Of a stretch of DNA of 64,000 nt, positions 49,030 to 57,276 are shown piece by piece. How positions within the stretch are numbered: the first letter of the stretch is position 1; each line of letters begins with the position of its first letter. The notes under the pieces were generated by a model, which searched no databases, was not told the DNA's origin, and was given only the letters and a program-made list of their open reading frames with translations. Location of the stretch: IMG/VR virus record IMGVR_UViG_3300036846_000555, positions 32,001 to 96,000 of that record. One strand, given 5' to 3'. The stretch is from a virus. Position numbers and translations under genes: made by a program.

Positions 49030-49248
49030 ATGGCAGCACGACAGATCATGGACGCCACCGACCAGATCGAGGTCGAGGGCTACACCGGCCGCGTCAAGGT
49101 GATCGTCGAGGGTGACGACATCGTCGCCATCGCCTGCACCTGGTTCGCGCGCTGCGAGAACGAGGCCACGACCACCCGGTCGCATCCCGTCCTGGGCGAC
49201 GCGCCCATCTGCGAGCGCTGCGACAAGAGGATCGAGGCGCTGGCATGA
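49030..49248 (+). CDS. Small Zn-finger protein
   Basis: CTWFARCENEATTTRSHPVLGDAPICERCD. Confidence 0.7.
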   Translation: MAARQIMDATDQIEVEGYTGRVKVIVEGDDIVAIACTWFARCENEATTTRSHPVLGDAPICERCDKRIEALA

Positions 49249-49430
49249 CCTCGACCGTCACCGCCTGCTGGTCCGCGCACTGCGCGAAGGAGGCTGTGAC
49301 GACCTGCGAGCACCCCATCTGGGGCCGGATCAAGGTCTGCGACGGGTGCGACGCGAAGCTTGCGGGGCTATGCGCCCCGTACGAGGAGCACGTCCGACAG
49401 ACCAAGACCGAGGAGACCAAGACCACATGA
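49245..49430 (+). CDS. Small Zn-finger protein (paralogue of previous)
   Basis: CWSAHCAKEAVTTCEHPIWGRIKVCDGCD. Confidence 0.7.
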   Translation: MTSTVTACWSAHCAKEAVTTCEHPIWGRIKVCDGCDAKLAGLCAPYEEHVRQTKTEETKTT

Positions 49431-49687
49431 CCATCACCGCCACGCCAGGCACCGTCGGCAAGCGCAAGGCCGCCCGGCGCCGAGTCCGTAACTGGCTCGG
49501 CACGTCCAGCGACCCCGCACCGAGGCTGCGCTCCGTGCTGCTGGCCGCGACGTCGCTGAACTACCTGCTCAAGCTCACGACCGGCCGCGCCTACGAGCTG
49601 CGGCTGCTGCGAGGCACCGAGCTGATCACCATCGACCAGGCGATCACTGAGATCGACCAACAGACCGAGGAGACCAACACCGCATGA
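49427..49687 (+). CDS. Hypothetical accessory protein
   Basis: Leader ACCGAGGAG, ATGA overlap. Confidence 0.6.
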   Translation: MTITATPGTVGKRKAARRRVRNWLGTSSDPAPRLRSVLLAATSLNYLLKLTTGRAYELRLLRGTELITIDQAITEIDQQTEETNTA

Positions 49688-50328
49688 CCACCACCATGAC
49701 ACCGCGAGAGACCGATATGGCGCTCGCTGAGCTGTGGCGCGAGATGTACCGCATGCGCGACAAGCTTGGCTGGAACGCGAGCACCCTGCTGCGCCTCGCG
49801 GGCGCGAAGTACTACTACCGCGGACGCCAGCGCGTCACCGACATGAAGCTCAGCGAGGCGATCGAGATCCTGAACGCCGAGATCACCAGGCTCGATGCGT
49901 ACAAGGCGTCGCACAAGGTCACCGAGGCCGACGGCTGGGAGCGCACCGACTGGACGGAGTGGAGCGGCCTCGTCCGCGGCTACGACGCCGACGCGCCCGC
50001 GGAGACGCTCGCTGAGCGCGACACGCTGCTCGACGAGCTGCACGCGCTGCAGGAGCGCGCCGACGACCTGGAGGCGACGTACACCGGCTGGTCGCGGTTC
50101 TTCCTGGTGACGTCGAGCCCCGGCCACGTCCACAGCTCGATGAGCTGCTCGACCTGCTACCCGACGACCCGCTTCGGCTGGATGCCCGAGCTGTCGGGCC
50201 ACACCGAGGCCGAGGCCGTCGACGAGCTGGGGCCGACGCTCTGCACCGTCTGCTTCCCCAGCGCGCCGGTCGACTGGACCACCGGCAAGAAGCTGACCAA
50301 GGCGCAGGCCGAGAAGAAGGCGGCGTGA
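49684..50328 (+). CDS. Hypothetical protein with HxH-CxxC...CxxC motif
   Basis: GHVHSSMSCSTC...LCTVCFPSAP. Confidence 0.7.
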   Translation: MTTTMTPRETDMALAELWREMYRMRDKLGWNASTLLRLAGAKYYYRGRQRVTDMKLSEAIEILNAEITRLDAYKASHKVTEADGWERTDWTEWSGLVRGYDADAPAETLAERDTLLDELHALQERADDLEATYTGWSRFFLVTSSPGHVHSSMSCSTCYPTTRFGWMPELSGHTEAEAVDELGPTLCTVCFPSAPVDWTTGKKLTKAQAEKKAA

Positions 50329-50528
50329 TGCGTGCGTATCAGACCGGCTACGGCGCCGGGAAGGTTCACCTTGGTGAGCCCGCCCGGCGCCAGCGCTTCT
50401 ACACGATCCTGTACTGCACCGGGCGCGCCGTGAGCGGCGCGTACACCACCGGCGCCGCCGTTGACTGCAAGGCGTGCCTCAAGCGCGCCAAGGCCAACGG
50501 CATCGACCCGACCGAGGAGACCCCATGA
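50328..50528 (+). CDS. Small Zn-binding protein
   Basis: VH...YC...VDCKAC. Confidence 0.6.
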   Translation: MRAYQTGYGAGKVHLGEPARRQRFYTILYCTGRAVSGAYTTGAAVDCKACLKRAKANGIDPTEETP

Positions 50529-50743
50529 CCACAACCACGATCAAGCTGAGCCCGAAACAGCGCGAGATGCTGGAGAAGGCTGCCGCCGACCCGGACTTCC
50601 GCGCGGGCGTCGGCTTTCACGTAGCCACGCGACGCACCGCCGAGAAGCTGGTGGAGTACGGGCTGGGCACGATCGCCTTCTACGGCGCGACCGTGTTCTA
50701 CATCAACCGCGCCGGGCTGGCCTACCTGGCCGAGGCCGGATGA
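50525..50743 (+). CDS. Small winged-helix-like protein
   Basis: LSPKQREML...TAEKLVEYGLG...YINRAGLAYL. Confidence 0.55.
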   Translation: MTTTTIKLSPKQREMLEKAAADPDFRAGVGFHVATRRTAEKLVEYGLGTIAFYGATVFYINRAGLAYLAEAG

Positions 50744-50967
50744 CCGAGCCGGTCCTCCGGCGGCGCCGTCGCATCTACGTCGACGGCGTCTACGTCGGCT
50801 GGGTGGTCAAGCGCGACGGCGAGTTCCGCGCGTACGTCACCCACCCGCAGGGCGGCTTCATGAGCGTCGAGGGCAGCTCCCGCCGCGCCGCCGCAGCAAA
50901 CGCCTGGAGCGCACGATGTGTGCTAGAATCACTGTACAACGAGCAATCGACCGAGGAGACGAAATGA
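50740..50967 (+). CDS. Hypothetical protein reading through the next promoter
   Basis: The 3' end is encoded by the operator-promoter at 50908-50958. Confidence 0.55.
   Translation: MTEPVLRRRRRIYVDGVYVGWVVKRDGEFRAYVTHPQGGFMSVEGSSRRAAAANAWSARCVLESLYNEQSTEETK
50908..50958 (+). promoter_or_regulatory. Operator / promoter / leader unit
   Basis: AGCGCACGATGTGTGCT-AGAAT...CGACCGAGGAG. Confidence 0.8.
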
Positions 50968-51260
50968 GCGCGCCAAAGATCCGCGCCGTGTATCGCCTTG
51001 AGCCCGCCGGGCTCATTGACCGCACCGACAAGCGCGTGACGGCGTACGCCGGACGCGAGGTGCAGATGATCCAGCCGTGGGGTTGCCCCCGCAACGGGAC
51101 GATGGGGATGGTGTACGTCCAGCTCGCCGAGGAGGGCGAGTTCATCGGGCTCGTCAGCAAGGCGTCGCTGGTCAAGACCGGCCGCACCGCGCCGGTGCGC
51201 GACCTGGCCGCCGAGGCTCGCGACGCGCGCTCGGCCGCGATCATGCGGGGGGTGAGGTGA
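50964..51260 (+). CDS. Hypothetical accessory protein
   Basis: First gene after promoter at 50908; GCPRNGTMGMVYV. Confidence 0.7.
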   Translation: MSAPKIRAVYRLEPAGLIDRTDKRVTAYAGREVQMIQPWGCPRNGTMGMVYVQLAEEGEFIGLVSKASLVKTGRTAPVRDLAAEARDARSAAIMRGVR

Positions 51261-51532
51261 TGGCAGACCTGACGCCCTTCCTCATCCATGTCCACGTCGA
51301 TGACCGGCCGAAGCCGACGCTGACCGAGTGGCTCGACGAGAGCTACGACCGCGCCGACCGGCAAGTCAAGGCCCGGATCGAGGACGCCAACCGAATCCAC
51401 CGGGGGAAGCCGAAGGGCTACACCAAGCATCTCGCGGCGATCGAGCGAGACATCGCCGCCGTCCGCGGCTATCGCAACGCGGTCAACGAGCTGCGCGAGG
51501 CGATCGAACGCGGGGACGTGATCCTGCCATGA
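51260..51532 (+). CDS. Hypothetical accessory protein
   Basis: Coupled ORF. Confidence 0.55.
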   Translation: MADLTPFLIHVHVDDRPKPTLTEWLDESYDRADRQVKARIEDANRIHRGKPKGYTKHLAAIERDIAAVRGYRNAVNELREAIERGDVILP

Positions 51533-51828
51533 GGATCACCGACGAGCTGGTGCAGCAGGCGTGCCTCGCTTACGGCGGGGGCGCCTTCCCGGCACGCATG
51601 CGCGCTGCCCTGGAGGCGGCGCTTGCCGACGCGCAGCCCGGCCTGCGCGCGCCGATGCTGGAGCTGGAGAAGCTCCAGAAGCTCGCGCGCGAAGCCGTCG
51701 AGATCTGGACCGCCGGATCCGCCATGTACTCCGCTCACGAATACGAGACCGCGATGGGCGACCTGGCCCGCGCGCTGCCGCCCAAGCCGCACGCGCCGAT
51801 CGAGACGCATCCCGATGACCCATTTTGA
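51529..51828 (+). CDS. Hypothetical accessory protein
   Basis: Coupled ORF. Confidence 0.55.
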   Translation: MRITDELVQQACLAYGGGAFPARMRAALEAALADAQPGLRAPMLELEKLQKLAREAVEIWTAGSAMYSAHEYETAMGDLARALPPKPHAPIETHPDDPF

Positions 51829-52441
51829 GGACGCGGTTGTCGCTATCGCGAACGAGGTGCTGGCGCCGCTGGAGGACTGGGCGGCCCAGTGCCATGCCGC
51901 GTCGGTGAAGCTGGTGCAGTCCGGGCGCTTCGACGTCTGCCGTGTCGCACGCGGATCCTGCACCGGCGTTGGCGGCCAGCACTCCTGGGTGGTGCTCGGC
52001 GACGACTGCTACGACATGGATGCGACACTCATCGACCCGACGCTCTGGAGTTACGACGACACCGTCACCGGCGTTTGGGTCGGCACCTACCGCGATGGGA
52101 AGCACACGCCGCACGGCAAGGGCTCGATTTGGGCGTGGGGCCGCCCCGACGAGGCGACCGGCCCGGTGATCGAACTGACGCCCCGCGAGCCGTTCTCACA
52201 GTCGGCGCTCGACTTCCTGGAGCTGCTCGGCCCGCTCGACCGCGAGGGCTGGATCATGCTGGCGCACGCGCCCGTCGAGTTCTGGCCCGCCGCCGAGATC
52301 ATCGACGCGATGTGCGAGACGCCGCACCCCACGATCCCCAACCAGACCCTGGAGGGCTACGTCCCGATCGACATCGTCGGGATGGTGACCACCCGCAACC
52401 CGGGCGGGCTGTACCTGCCCGAGGAGGACGCTGATGCCTGA
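51815..52441 (+). CDS. Papain/transglutaminase-like fold protein (putative C-H-D triad)
   Basis: AQCHAAS...QHSWV...IDPT spacing. Confidence 0.5.
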   Translation: MTHFEDAVVAIANEVLAPLEDWAAQCHAASVKLVQSGRFDVCRVARGSCTGVGGQHSWVVLGDDCYDMDATLIDPTLWSYDDTVTGVWVGTYRDGKHTPHGKGSIWAWGRPDEATGPVIELTPREPFSQSALDFLELLGPLDREGWIMLAHAPVEFWPAAEIIDAMCETPHPTIPNQTLEGYVPIDIVGMVTTRNPGGLYLPEEDADA

Positions 52442-52823
52442 GCTGGTGACCTGCACCGTCTGCGGCGACGAGGACACGCTCACGTTCTCCGGCGACATCG
52501 GCGCGCGGATGCGCGAGCGCCGCGAATGCTTCCGCTGCGCGTTCTGGCTGACGCTGGCCGAGCAGGACAAGGCGGCGCCCGAGAACGTCGCGATCATCAG
52601 CGGCCGCCACTACGTGATCGCGCCGGACCTCACCCGCGGCCCCCGCTCGCTGGCGGGCATGGGCGGCGCCCGGTGCGTCATCGCCTTCCACGACGGGCGC
52701 GAGGTAGTCACGCACAACCTGTGGCACCAGGGCTCGATCCCTGACCGCTTCCGCGACCTGTTCCCGGACAACGCGTCCTGGGGCGAGCAGGGGCGACTGA
52801 CGGTCCGCCAGAGGACACCATAA
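52434..52823 (+). CDS. Zn-finger-containing hypothetical protein
   Basis: CTVC...CFRCAFW...THNLWHQGSIP. Confidence 0.65.
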   Translation: MPELVTCTVCGDEDTLTFSGDIGARMRERRECFRCAFWLTLAEQDKAAPENVAIISGRHYVIAPDLTRGPRSLAGMGGARCVIAFHDGREVVTHNLWHQGSIPDRFRDLFPDNASWGEQGRLTVRQRTP

Positions 52824-52844
52824 GCGCACGATGTGTGCTACAAT
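52823..52844 (+). promoter_or_regulatory. Operator / leaderless promoter
   Basis: AGCGCACGATGTGTGCT-ACAAT, GTG 6 nt downstream. Confidence 0.8.
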
Positions 52845-52850
52845 GAACTT

Positions 52851-53051
52851 GTGACCAGAGACAAAGAACAGGCCCGATACACCGTCGTCGACCGGTACGC
52901 CACCACGGCGTCTGAGCTACGCCCCAAGTCGACCGCGATCAACCCCCGCTACTGGGTGTGGGACACGGTCGAGCACACCATCGTCGACGAGTTCACCACC
53001 AAGCGCCCGGCCACGATGGCCGTGCGCGACCTGAACAGGGAGGCACGCTGA
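52851..53051 (+). CDS. Hypothetical protein (leaderless)
   Basis: TACAAT-N6-GTG. Confidence 0.6.
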   Translation: MTRDKEQARYTVVDRYATTASELRPKSTAINPRYWVWDTVEHTIVDEFTTKRPATMAVRDLNREAR

Positions 53052-53311
53052 TGATCAAGCCGATCGAAGGCTGGACCTGGTGGCTCGACGAGGGCCAGGA
53101 GTCCGGCGTCTGGCCGTGCGAGGTGCTCGACTACCTGGGGCCGGTGTTCGGCGTCAAGGTCAGGCCCACACACGAGGGCAGCCTGTACTACGGGCAGACC
53201 CTCTGGGTCGACCACAACCGCGTCTACGACTCCGGATTCCACCGGGTCCGCGAGGCGCAGATCCGCGCCGAGGACCGCCCGTCCGACCGTCCGGCGACGA
53301 GCTGGCTCTAG
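53051..53311 (+). CDS. Hypothetical protein
   Basis: TGATG overlap. Confidence 0.55.
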   Translation: MIKPIEGWTWWLDEGQESGVWPCEVLDYLGPVFGVKVRPTHEGSLYYGQTLWVDHNRVYDSGFHRVREAQIRAEDRPSDRPATSWL

Positions 53312-53368
53312 CGCACAACGTGCGCTAGAATGAACAAGGCGGCATGAGCCGCCACCCCGACCGAGGAG
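53310..53368 (+). promoter_or_regulatory. Operator / promoter / hairpin / leader unit
   Basis: AGCGCACAACGTGCGCT-AGAAT...GGCGGC-ATGA-GCCGCC..CCGACCGAGGAG. Confidence 0.8.
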
Positions 53369-53373
53369 ACCAC

Positions 53374-53643
53374 ATGAAGCTGACACTGACGGACGCGACC
53401 GCGCGCCTGTCCACCCTGGTGCGCGAGAACCTGCTGGGCGCTGAGCTGCAGGAGTTCCGGCTCGTCGAGGAGTACGACGACGAGAGCGCCTACGTCGTGC
53501 GCTGGAGCCGGGACATCGGCCGCGGCCGCACCGAGTACGGCACCCACCGCGCCGCGATCAACATCGAGGGCGGCATGCTGCTCTGGGGCCACTACACCCG
53601 AGACGAGGCCGACGCCTGTCGCGACTACCAGGAGCGCACATGA
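53374..53643 (+). CDS. Hypothetical accessory protein
   Basis: First gene after promoter at 53310. Confidence 0.7.
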   Translation: MKLTLTDATARLSTLVRENLLGAELQEFRLVEEYDDESAYVVRWSRDIGRGRTEYGTHRAAINIEGGMLLWGHYTRDEADACRDYQERT

Positions 53644-53849
53644 CCACCATCGAGGCCATCATCGAGCGCGACGGCGACGGCTACACCGTTCTGACGCGCC
53701 GCGACGGCAGCAACCCCTGGGGCGTCGGCGTGACCTTCCCGAGCTGGAGCGGCGCGCGCAGCGTGGCCGTAGCCATCCTGAACGCCACCCACTGGGGCGA
53801 CAACAGGCCCGAACAAAAGCTGACCGACACGACCGAGGAGAAAGCATGA
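53640..53849 (+). CDS. Hypothetical accessory protein
   Basis: ATGA overlap. Confidence 0.55.
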   Translation: MTTIEAIIERDGDGYTVLTRRDGSNPWGVGVTFPSWSGARSVAVAILNATHWGDNRPEQKLTDTTEEKA

Positions 53850-54277
53850 CCATCACCACCACCGAGCCGCGCATCACCTTCAACAAGAGCGCGAGGACGA
53901 TCAAGGCCGACTACCTGATCGCCACCGACAACGGAGGACTCAGCGGGCGCGAGCGCCGCGTCCTCGCGAGCTTCCGCGTCGGCTACGACAAGGGCGGGCC
54001 GAATTACTTCAGCGGCGGAACGACGCCGCGGAGCTACAGCGCGTCCATCAGCCGCGTGACTGAGGAGGAGATCTTCGATCGCGACGGCAACCGGATCGGC
54101 ACGTCGCAGAGCTTCACCCTGTTCAAGGGGCTCGGCCTGATGCGCTCCGAGCCGGTGGGGCGCTACAGCGAGAAGGGGCTGCGCGCCTTCTACGACGAGG
54201 CCAAGGCCCGCTTCGACGAGCTGCGGCTGGAGGACGAGCGCATCGCCCGCTACTTCGATCCCGACGCCGACGCATGA
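53846..54277 (+). CDS. Hypothetical accessory protein
   Basis: Leader CGACCGAGGAG. Confidence 0.7.
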   Translation: MTITTTEPRITFNKSARTIKADYLIATDNGGLSGRERRVLASFRVGYDKGGPNYFSGGTTPRSYSASISRVTEEEIFDRDGNRIGTSQSFTLFKGLGLMRSEPVGRYSEKGLRAFYDEAKARFDELRLEDERIARYFDPDADA

Positions 54278-54519
54278 GCGAGTTCTCGCTCAACCACGAG
54301 ATGCCTAACGGCGCGTCCATCGCCGACTGGCTCGGCACTGCCGCATCCGCCGCGCGCGGCGCGGCGTGGTACATCGAGGACGTCCGCGGCGCGGAGACCG
54401 AGCACCAACGCAAGGTGGGCACCGCGCGGATGAAGCTGCGCAAGGCCATGGAGCAGCTCAAGCAGGCGCAGAGCGAGATCGAGGCCGTCCTGCTTTACAC
54501 CCGCGGGGAGGAGGAGTGA
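54274..54519 (+). CDS. Hypothetical coiled-coil protein
   Basis: ATGA overlap. Confidence 0.55.
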   Translation: MSEFSLNHEMPNGASIADWLGTAASAARGAAWYIEDVRGAETEHQRKVGTARMKLRKAMEQLKQAQSEIEAVLLYTRGEEE

Positions 54520-55070
54520 GCAAGGGCAACCCCCGCACGTGGGATCCGCTGGTCATCGGACCGGCCTCCCGCGGCGACGGGCGCCCGAGCATGGCGCAGG
54601 CCTTCTACGAGAGCGGCGGCCGCAAGCACTTCTTCACCTACCGGGAGAACATCCCCGCGACGAAGTGCCTCGGCTTCCGCAACCGGCTGTACAACGGGTT
54701 CGCGCTCGTGTTCGAAGACGGGTCCATGCACCTGAGCTTCAAACGCAACGACCGCGCCGCCGTCCGCGACTGGCGTCACTTCCAGGCGATCAAGAACGAG
54801 GTCGCCGGGCCCGAGCGCGAGGCGGTCGAGATCTTCCCGCCCGAGTCGATGCTGGTCGACGCCGCCAACGAGTACCACCTTTGGGTGCTGCCGGAGGGCA
54901 AGATGAGCCCGCTCGGCTTCATCGTCCGGCAGGTAGCGGAGCAGGTACAGGACGACACCGTCCACCACGACCACGCGCTGTACCGCCAGACCGGCCAGTC
55001 CGGCTACCGGCAGCGGGCGTGGGAGCCCGGCCTGCCGACCGGCCCGACGACCGGGCCAGTCACCACTTAG
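54516..55070 (+). CDS. Conserved phage domain of unknown function
   Basis: HLSFKRND...DWRHFQAIKNEVAGPEREAVEIFP...LVDAANEYHLW is a recurring phage motif. Confidence 0.7.
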   Translation: MSKGNPRTWDPLVIGPASRGDGRPSMAQAFYESGGRKHFFTYRENIPATKCLGFRNRLYNGFALVFEDGSMHLSFKRNDRAAVRDWRHFQAIKNEVAGPEREAVEIFPPESMLVDAANEYHLWVLPEGKMSPLGFIVRQVAEQVQDDTVHHDHALYRQTGQSGYRQRAWEPGLPTGPTTGPVTT

Positions 55071-55132
55071 CGCACGATATGTGCTACAATGTAGGTGCGG
55101 TCAGAAGAGCCGCGAATCCCCCGACCGAGGAG
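55069..55132 (+). promoter_or_regulatory. Operator / promoter / hairpin / leader unit
   Basis: AGCGCACGATATGTGCT-ACAAT...CCGACCGAGGAG. Confidence 0.8.
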
Positions 55133-55137
55133 AAACA

Positions 55138-55458
55138 GTGAGCACAGCAGCCGAGTTCCGTGAGTGCGACACCCAGCAGATCGTCGCGCAGATCGGCTTC
55201 ATGAACATCGCCGCGATCAGCGGCGGGCGGATCATCCGCCGCGACACCGGGATCACCCTGCCCGTCGGCGCCGGATACAGCGTCACCGTCGACCTGGACT
55301 GGGGCGACGACTACGTCGTCCGGCGCGTCTTCAAGCGCGGCGCCAAGGTCTGGATCAAGGGCGAGCAGCGCGGCGTCTACTGCGACGAGGTGGGCGAGGT
55401 GGCCTACCGCGCGTCCTGCTTCCGCAACGGCGCCTGGGGCGAGGAGGTGACGGCGTGA
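55138..55458 (+). CDS. Hypothetical accessory protein
   Basis: First gene after promoter at 55069. Confidence 0.7.
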   Translation: MSTAAEFRECDTQQIVAQIGFMNIAAISGGRIIRRDTGITLPVGAGYSVTVDLDWGDDYVVRRVFKRGAKVWIKGEQRGVYCDEVGEVAYRASCFRNGAWGEEVTA

Positions 55459-55670
55459 GCATCGAAGCAGCAGAGATAGCGGCCCGGCGCTCGATCACCG
55501 AGGAGCAGGCCGAGGCGCTCGTCGAAGCGGCCCGGCCGCTCTGGTCAGCGCTGGAGGACGTCGGCTTTGTCGATGCCCACGGCGGCGCGGAGTTCGCGCG
55601 GATCTTCCCGGAGACCATCGACGCGATCCACAAGCTCGCCAACCCCCTGGCCTACGAGGAGATCGCATGA
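55455..55670 (+). CDS. Hypothetical accessory protein
   Basis: GTGA overlap, RBS GAGGAGG. Confidence 0.55.
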   Translation: MSIEAAEIAARRSITEEQAEALVEAARPLWSALEDVGFVDAHGGAEFARIFPETIDAIHKLANPLAYEEIA

Positions 55671-55960
55671 CGAGCGCGCTCTCAGCCTACGAGCAGTGGA
55701 TGGTGACCAGCAACCTGAAGACCATCCGCGAGACCCGCGTGACCGCTGCCGAGCAGGCCGCGATCCTGCGAGCGAATGGCTACTCCCGCATCGCAGACGC
55801 GATCGAGATCGAGACCGCCAAGGCGGAGATCCGCCGCACGGTCATGGCCCGCTTCGGCGGCCACTTCGGCGGCGCCTTGACCGGCGTCGAAGTCAGCGAC
55901 GACGACGCCCGCCGGTACATCGGCGGCGCCACCATCGACGAGCTGCTGGAGGCATCATGA
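55667..55960 (+). CDS. Hypothetical accessory protein
   Basis: ATGA overlap. Confidence 0.55.
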   Translation: MTSALSAYEQWMVTSNLKTIRETRVTAAEQAAILRANGYSRIADAIEIETAKAEIRRTVMARFGGHFGGALTGVEVSDDDARRYIGGATIDELLEAS

Positions 55961-56169
55961 CCAAGCTCGTGATCGCCTACACGCGCGGGCGCAAGCTGCA
56001 CGCCGCCCGCCTTGACGAGGGCCGCACCAGTGGCGCGACGCTCTGCGGAAGCTACGGCTTCCAGCACCCGCGCTTCGACAGCGGCACCGGCACGGCAGTG
56101 GGGTTGACGCTCCGCTTCAACGGCGGCTGCGCGCACTGCATCCGCGCACTGGACAGGACAGGCGCATGA
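55957..56169 (+). CDS. Small Zn-binding protein
   Basis: KLHA...TLCG...GCAHC. Confidence 0.55.
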   Translation: MTKLVIAYTRGRKLHAARLDEGRTSGATLCGSYGFQHPRFDSGTGTAVGLTLRFNGGCAHCIRALDRTGA

Positions 56170-56510
56170 GCCTGTCCTTCACCACGAGCCGCGACGGCGC
56201 CCGGCGAGCAACGGTCCGGCTCGACCACCGAGTCGGCCTGGAGCAGCTCGCGACGGCAGCGGCGCTGGCGCTGGACGAGGGCTACCTGGAGGGCGAGGAT
56301 CTCGACGCGCGCGCGGCCCGCCTGACCAGGCGCGACATCGAGCGAGAGCTGCGCGACCGACTGCAGGCCGGTGGCGACGACGGCTTCCTGTTCGTCGGCG
56401 AGCGCAGCTTCATGGGCTACGAGCTGTTCGACGAGACCGTCGCAGGCGCCTGCCGTGCCCGCGTGCTGGCGCTGTGGCCCGAGCTGACCCCGACCGAGGA
56501 GACGACATGA
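56166..56510 (+). CDS. Hypothetical accessory protein
   Basis: ATGA overlap. Confidence 0.55.
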   Translation: MSLSFTTSRDGARRATVRLDHRVGLEQLATAAALALDEGYLEGEDLDARAARLTRRDIERELRDRLQAGGDDGFLFVGERSFMGYELFDETVAGACRARVLALWPELTPTEETT

Positions 56511-57121
56511 CCATGACCACCACCGAGACACCACGCATCTGGATCGCCGACCTGGCCGCCTACAACAACGGCGTGCTGCACGGCCGGTGGGTTGACGCCA
56601 CCGACGCCGCCGAGCTGACCGAGGCCAAGGACCAGATCCTCGCCTCCAGCCCCGAGCCCGGCGCGGAGGAGTGGGCCATCCACGACTACGACGGCTTCGG
56701 CAGCGACCTGACCTACAAGCTCGGCGAGTACGCCAGCTTCGACACGATCGCGAAGCTCGGCGCGCTGATCGAGGAGTACGGCGACGAGTTCCTCGCCTAC
56801 GTCTCCGCGGTCGAGCCCGCCCCCGAGGACATTGACGAGCGCAGCTTCCAGGAGGCCCGCCGCGGCGCCTGGGACAGCGAGGCCGACTGGGCCCGCGACC
56901 GCGTCGAGAGCCTCGGCTACGAGGGCGTCCAGCCCGGCGAGTACGTCCCCAAGGACGACCGCGGCTGGAGCAGCAGCGACGGCGCGATCGACGTGATCGA
57001 CCTGCTGCTGAATCACCTTGACCTGGACATGGTCGCGCGCGACTGCAGCGCCAACGGCGAGGTGGACTTCGCGACCGTCAACGGCACCGTTTACGCCTTC
57101 GACCCGAACGCGGGTAGGTGA
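56507..57121 (+). CDS. ardA: ArdA antirestriction protein (acidic DNA mimic)
   Basis: RIWIADLAAYNNGVLHGRWVDA...EEWAIHDYDGF; strongly acidic. Confidence 0.9.
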   Translation: MTMTTTETPRIWIADLAAYNNGVLHGRWVDATDAAELTEAKDQILASSPEPGAEEWAIHDYDGFGSDLTYKLGEYASFDTIAKLGALIEEYGDEFLAYVSAVEPAPEDIDERSFQEARRGAWDSEADWARDRVESLGYEGVQPGEYVPKDDRGWSSSDGAIDVIDLLLNHLDLDMVARDCSANGEVDFATVNGTVYAFDPNAGR

Positions 57122-57221
57122 GGCGACAAAGCTGCGGATGGGGGCACCGGGTGAGCGGGGCGGCTCACCCGGACGCAGACCGAGCAAGGGGGCCGCGTGG
57201 GGCGCGCGGCCCTCAGCTCAA

Positions 57222-57271
57222 AACACAAGACTTGTGCTACACTGAGCGCATTGACCAACCCGACCGAGGAG
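57222..57271 (+). promoter_or_regulatory. Operator (degenerate) / promoter / leader unit
   Basis: AACACAAGACTTGTGCT-ACACT...CCGACCGAGGAG. Confidence 0.7.
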
Positions 57272-57276
57272 GAAAC

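Noticed and set aside
48196-57271. CRISPR array formed by the repeated motifs
   Set aside because: The repeats are degenerate, irregularly spaced (0.5-2 kb) and separated by protein-coding genes; they fit promoters and leaders.
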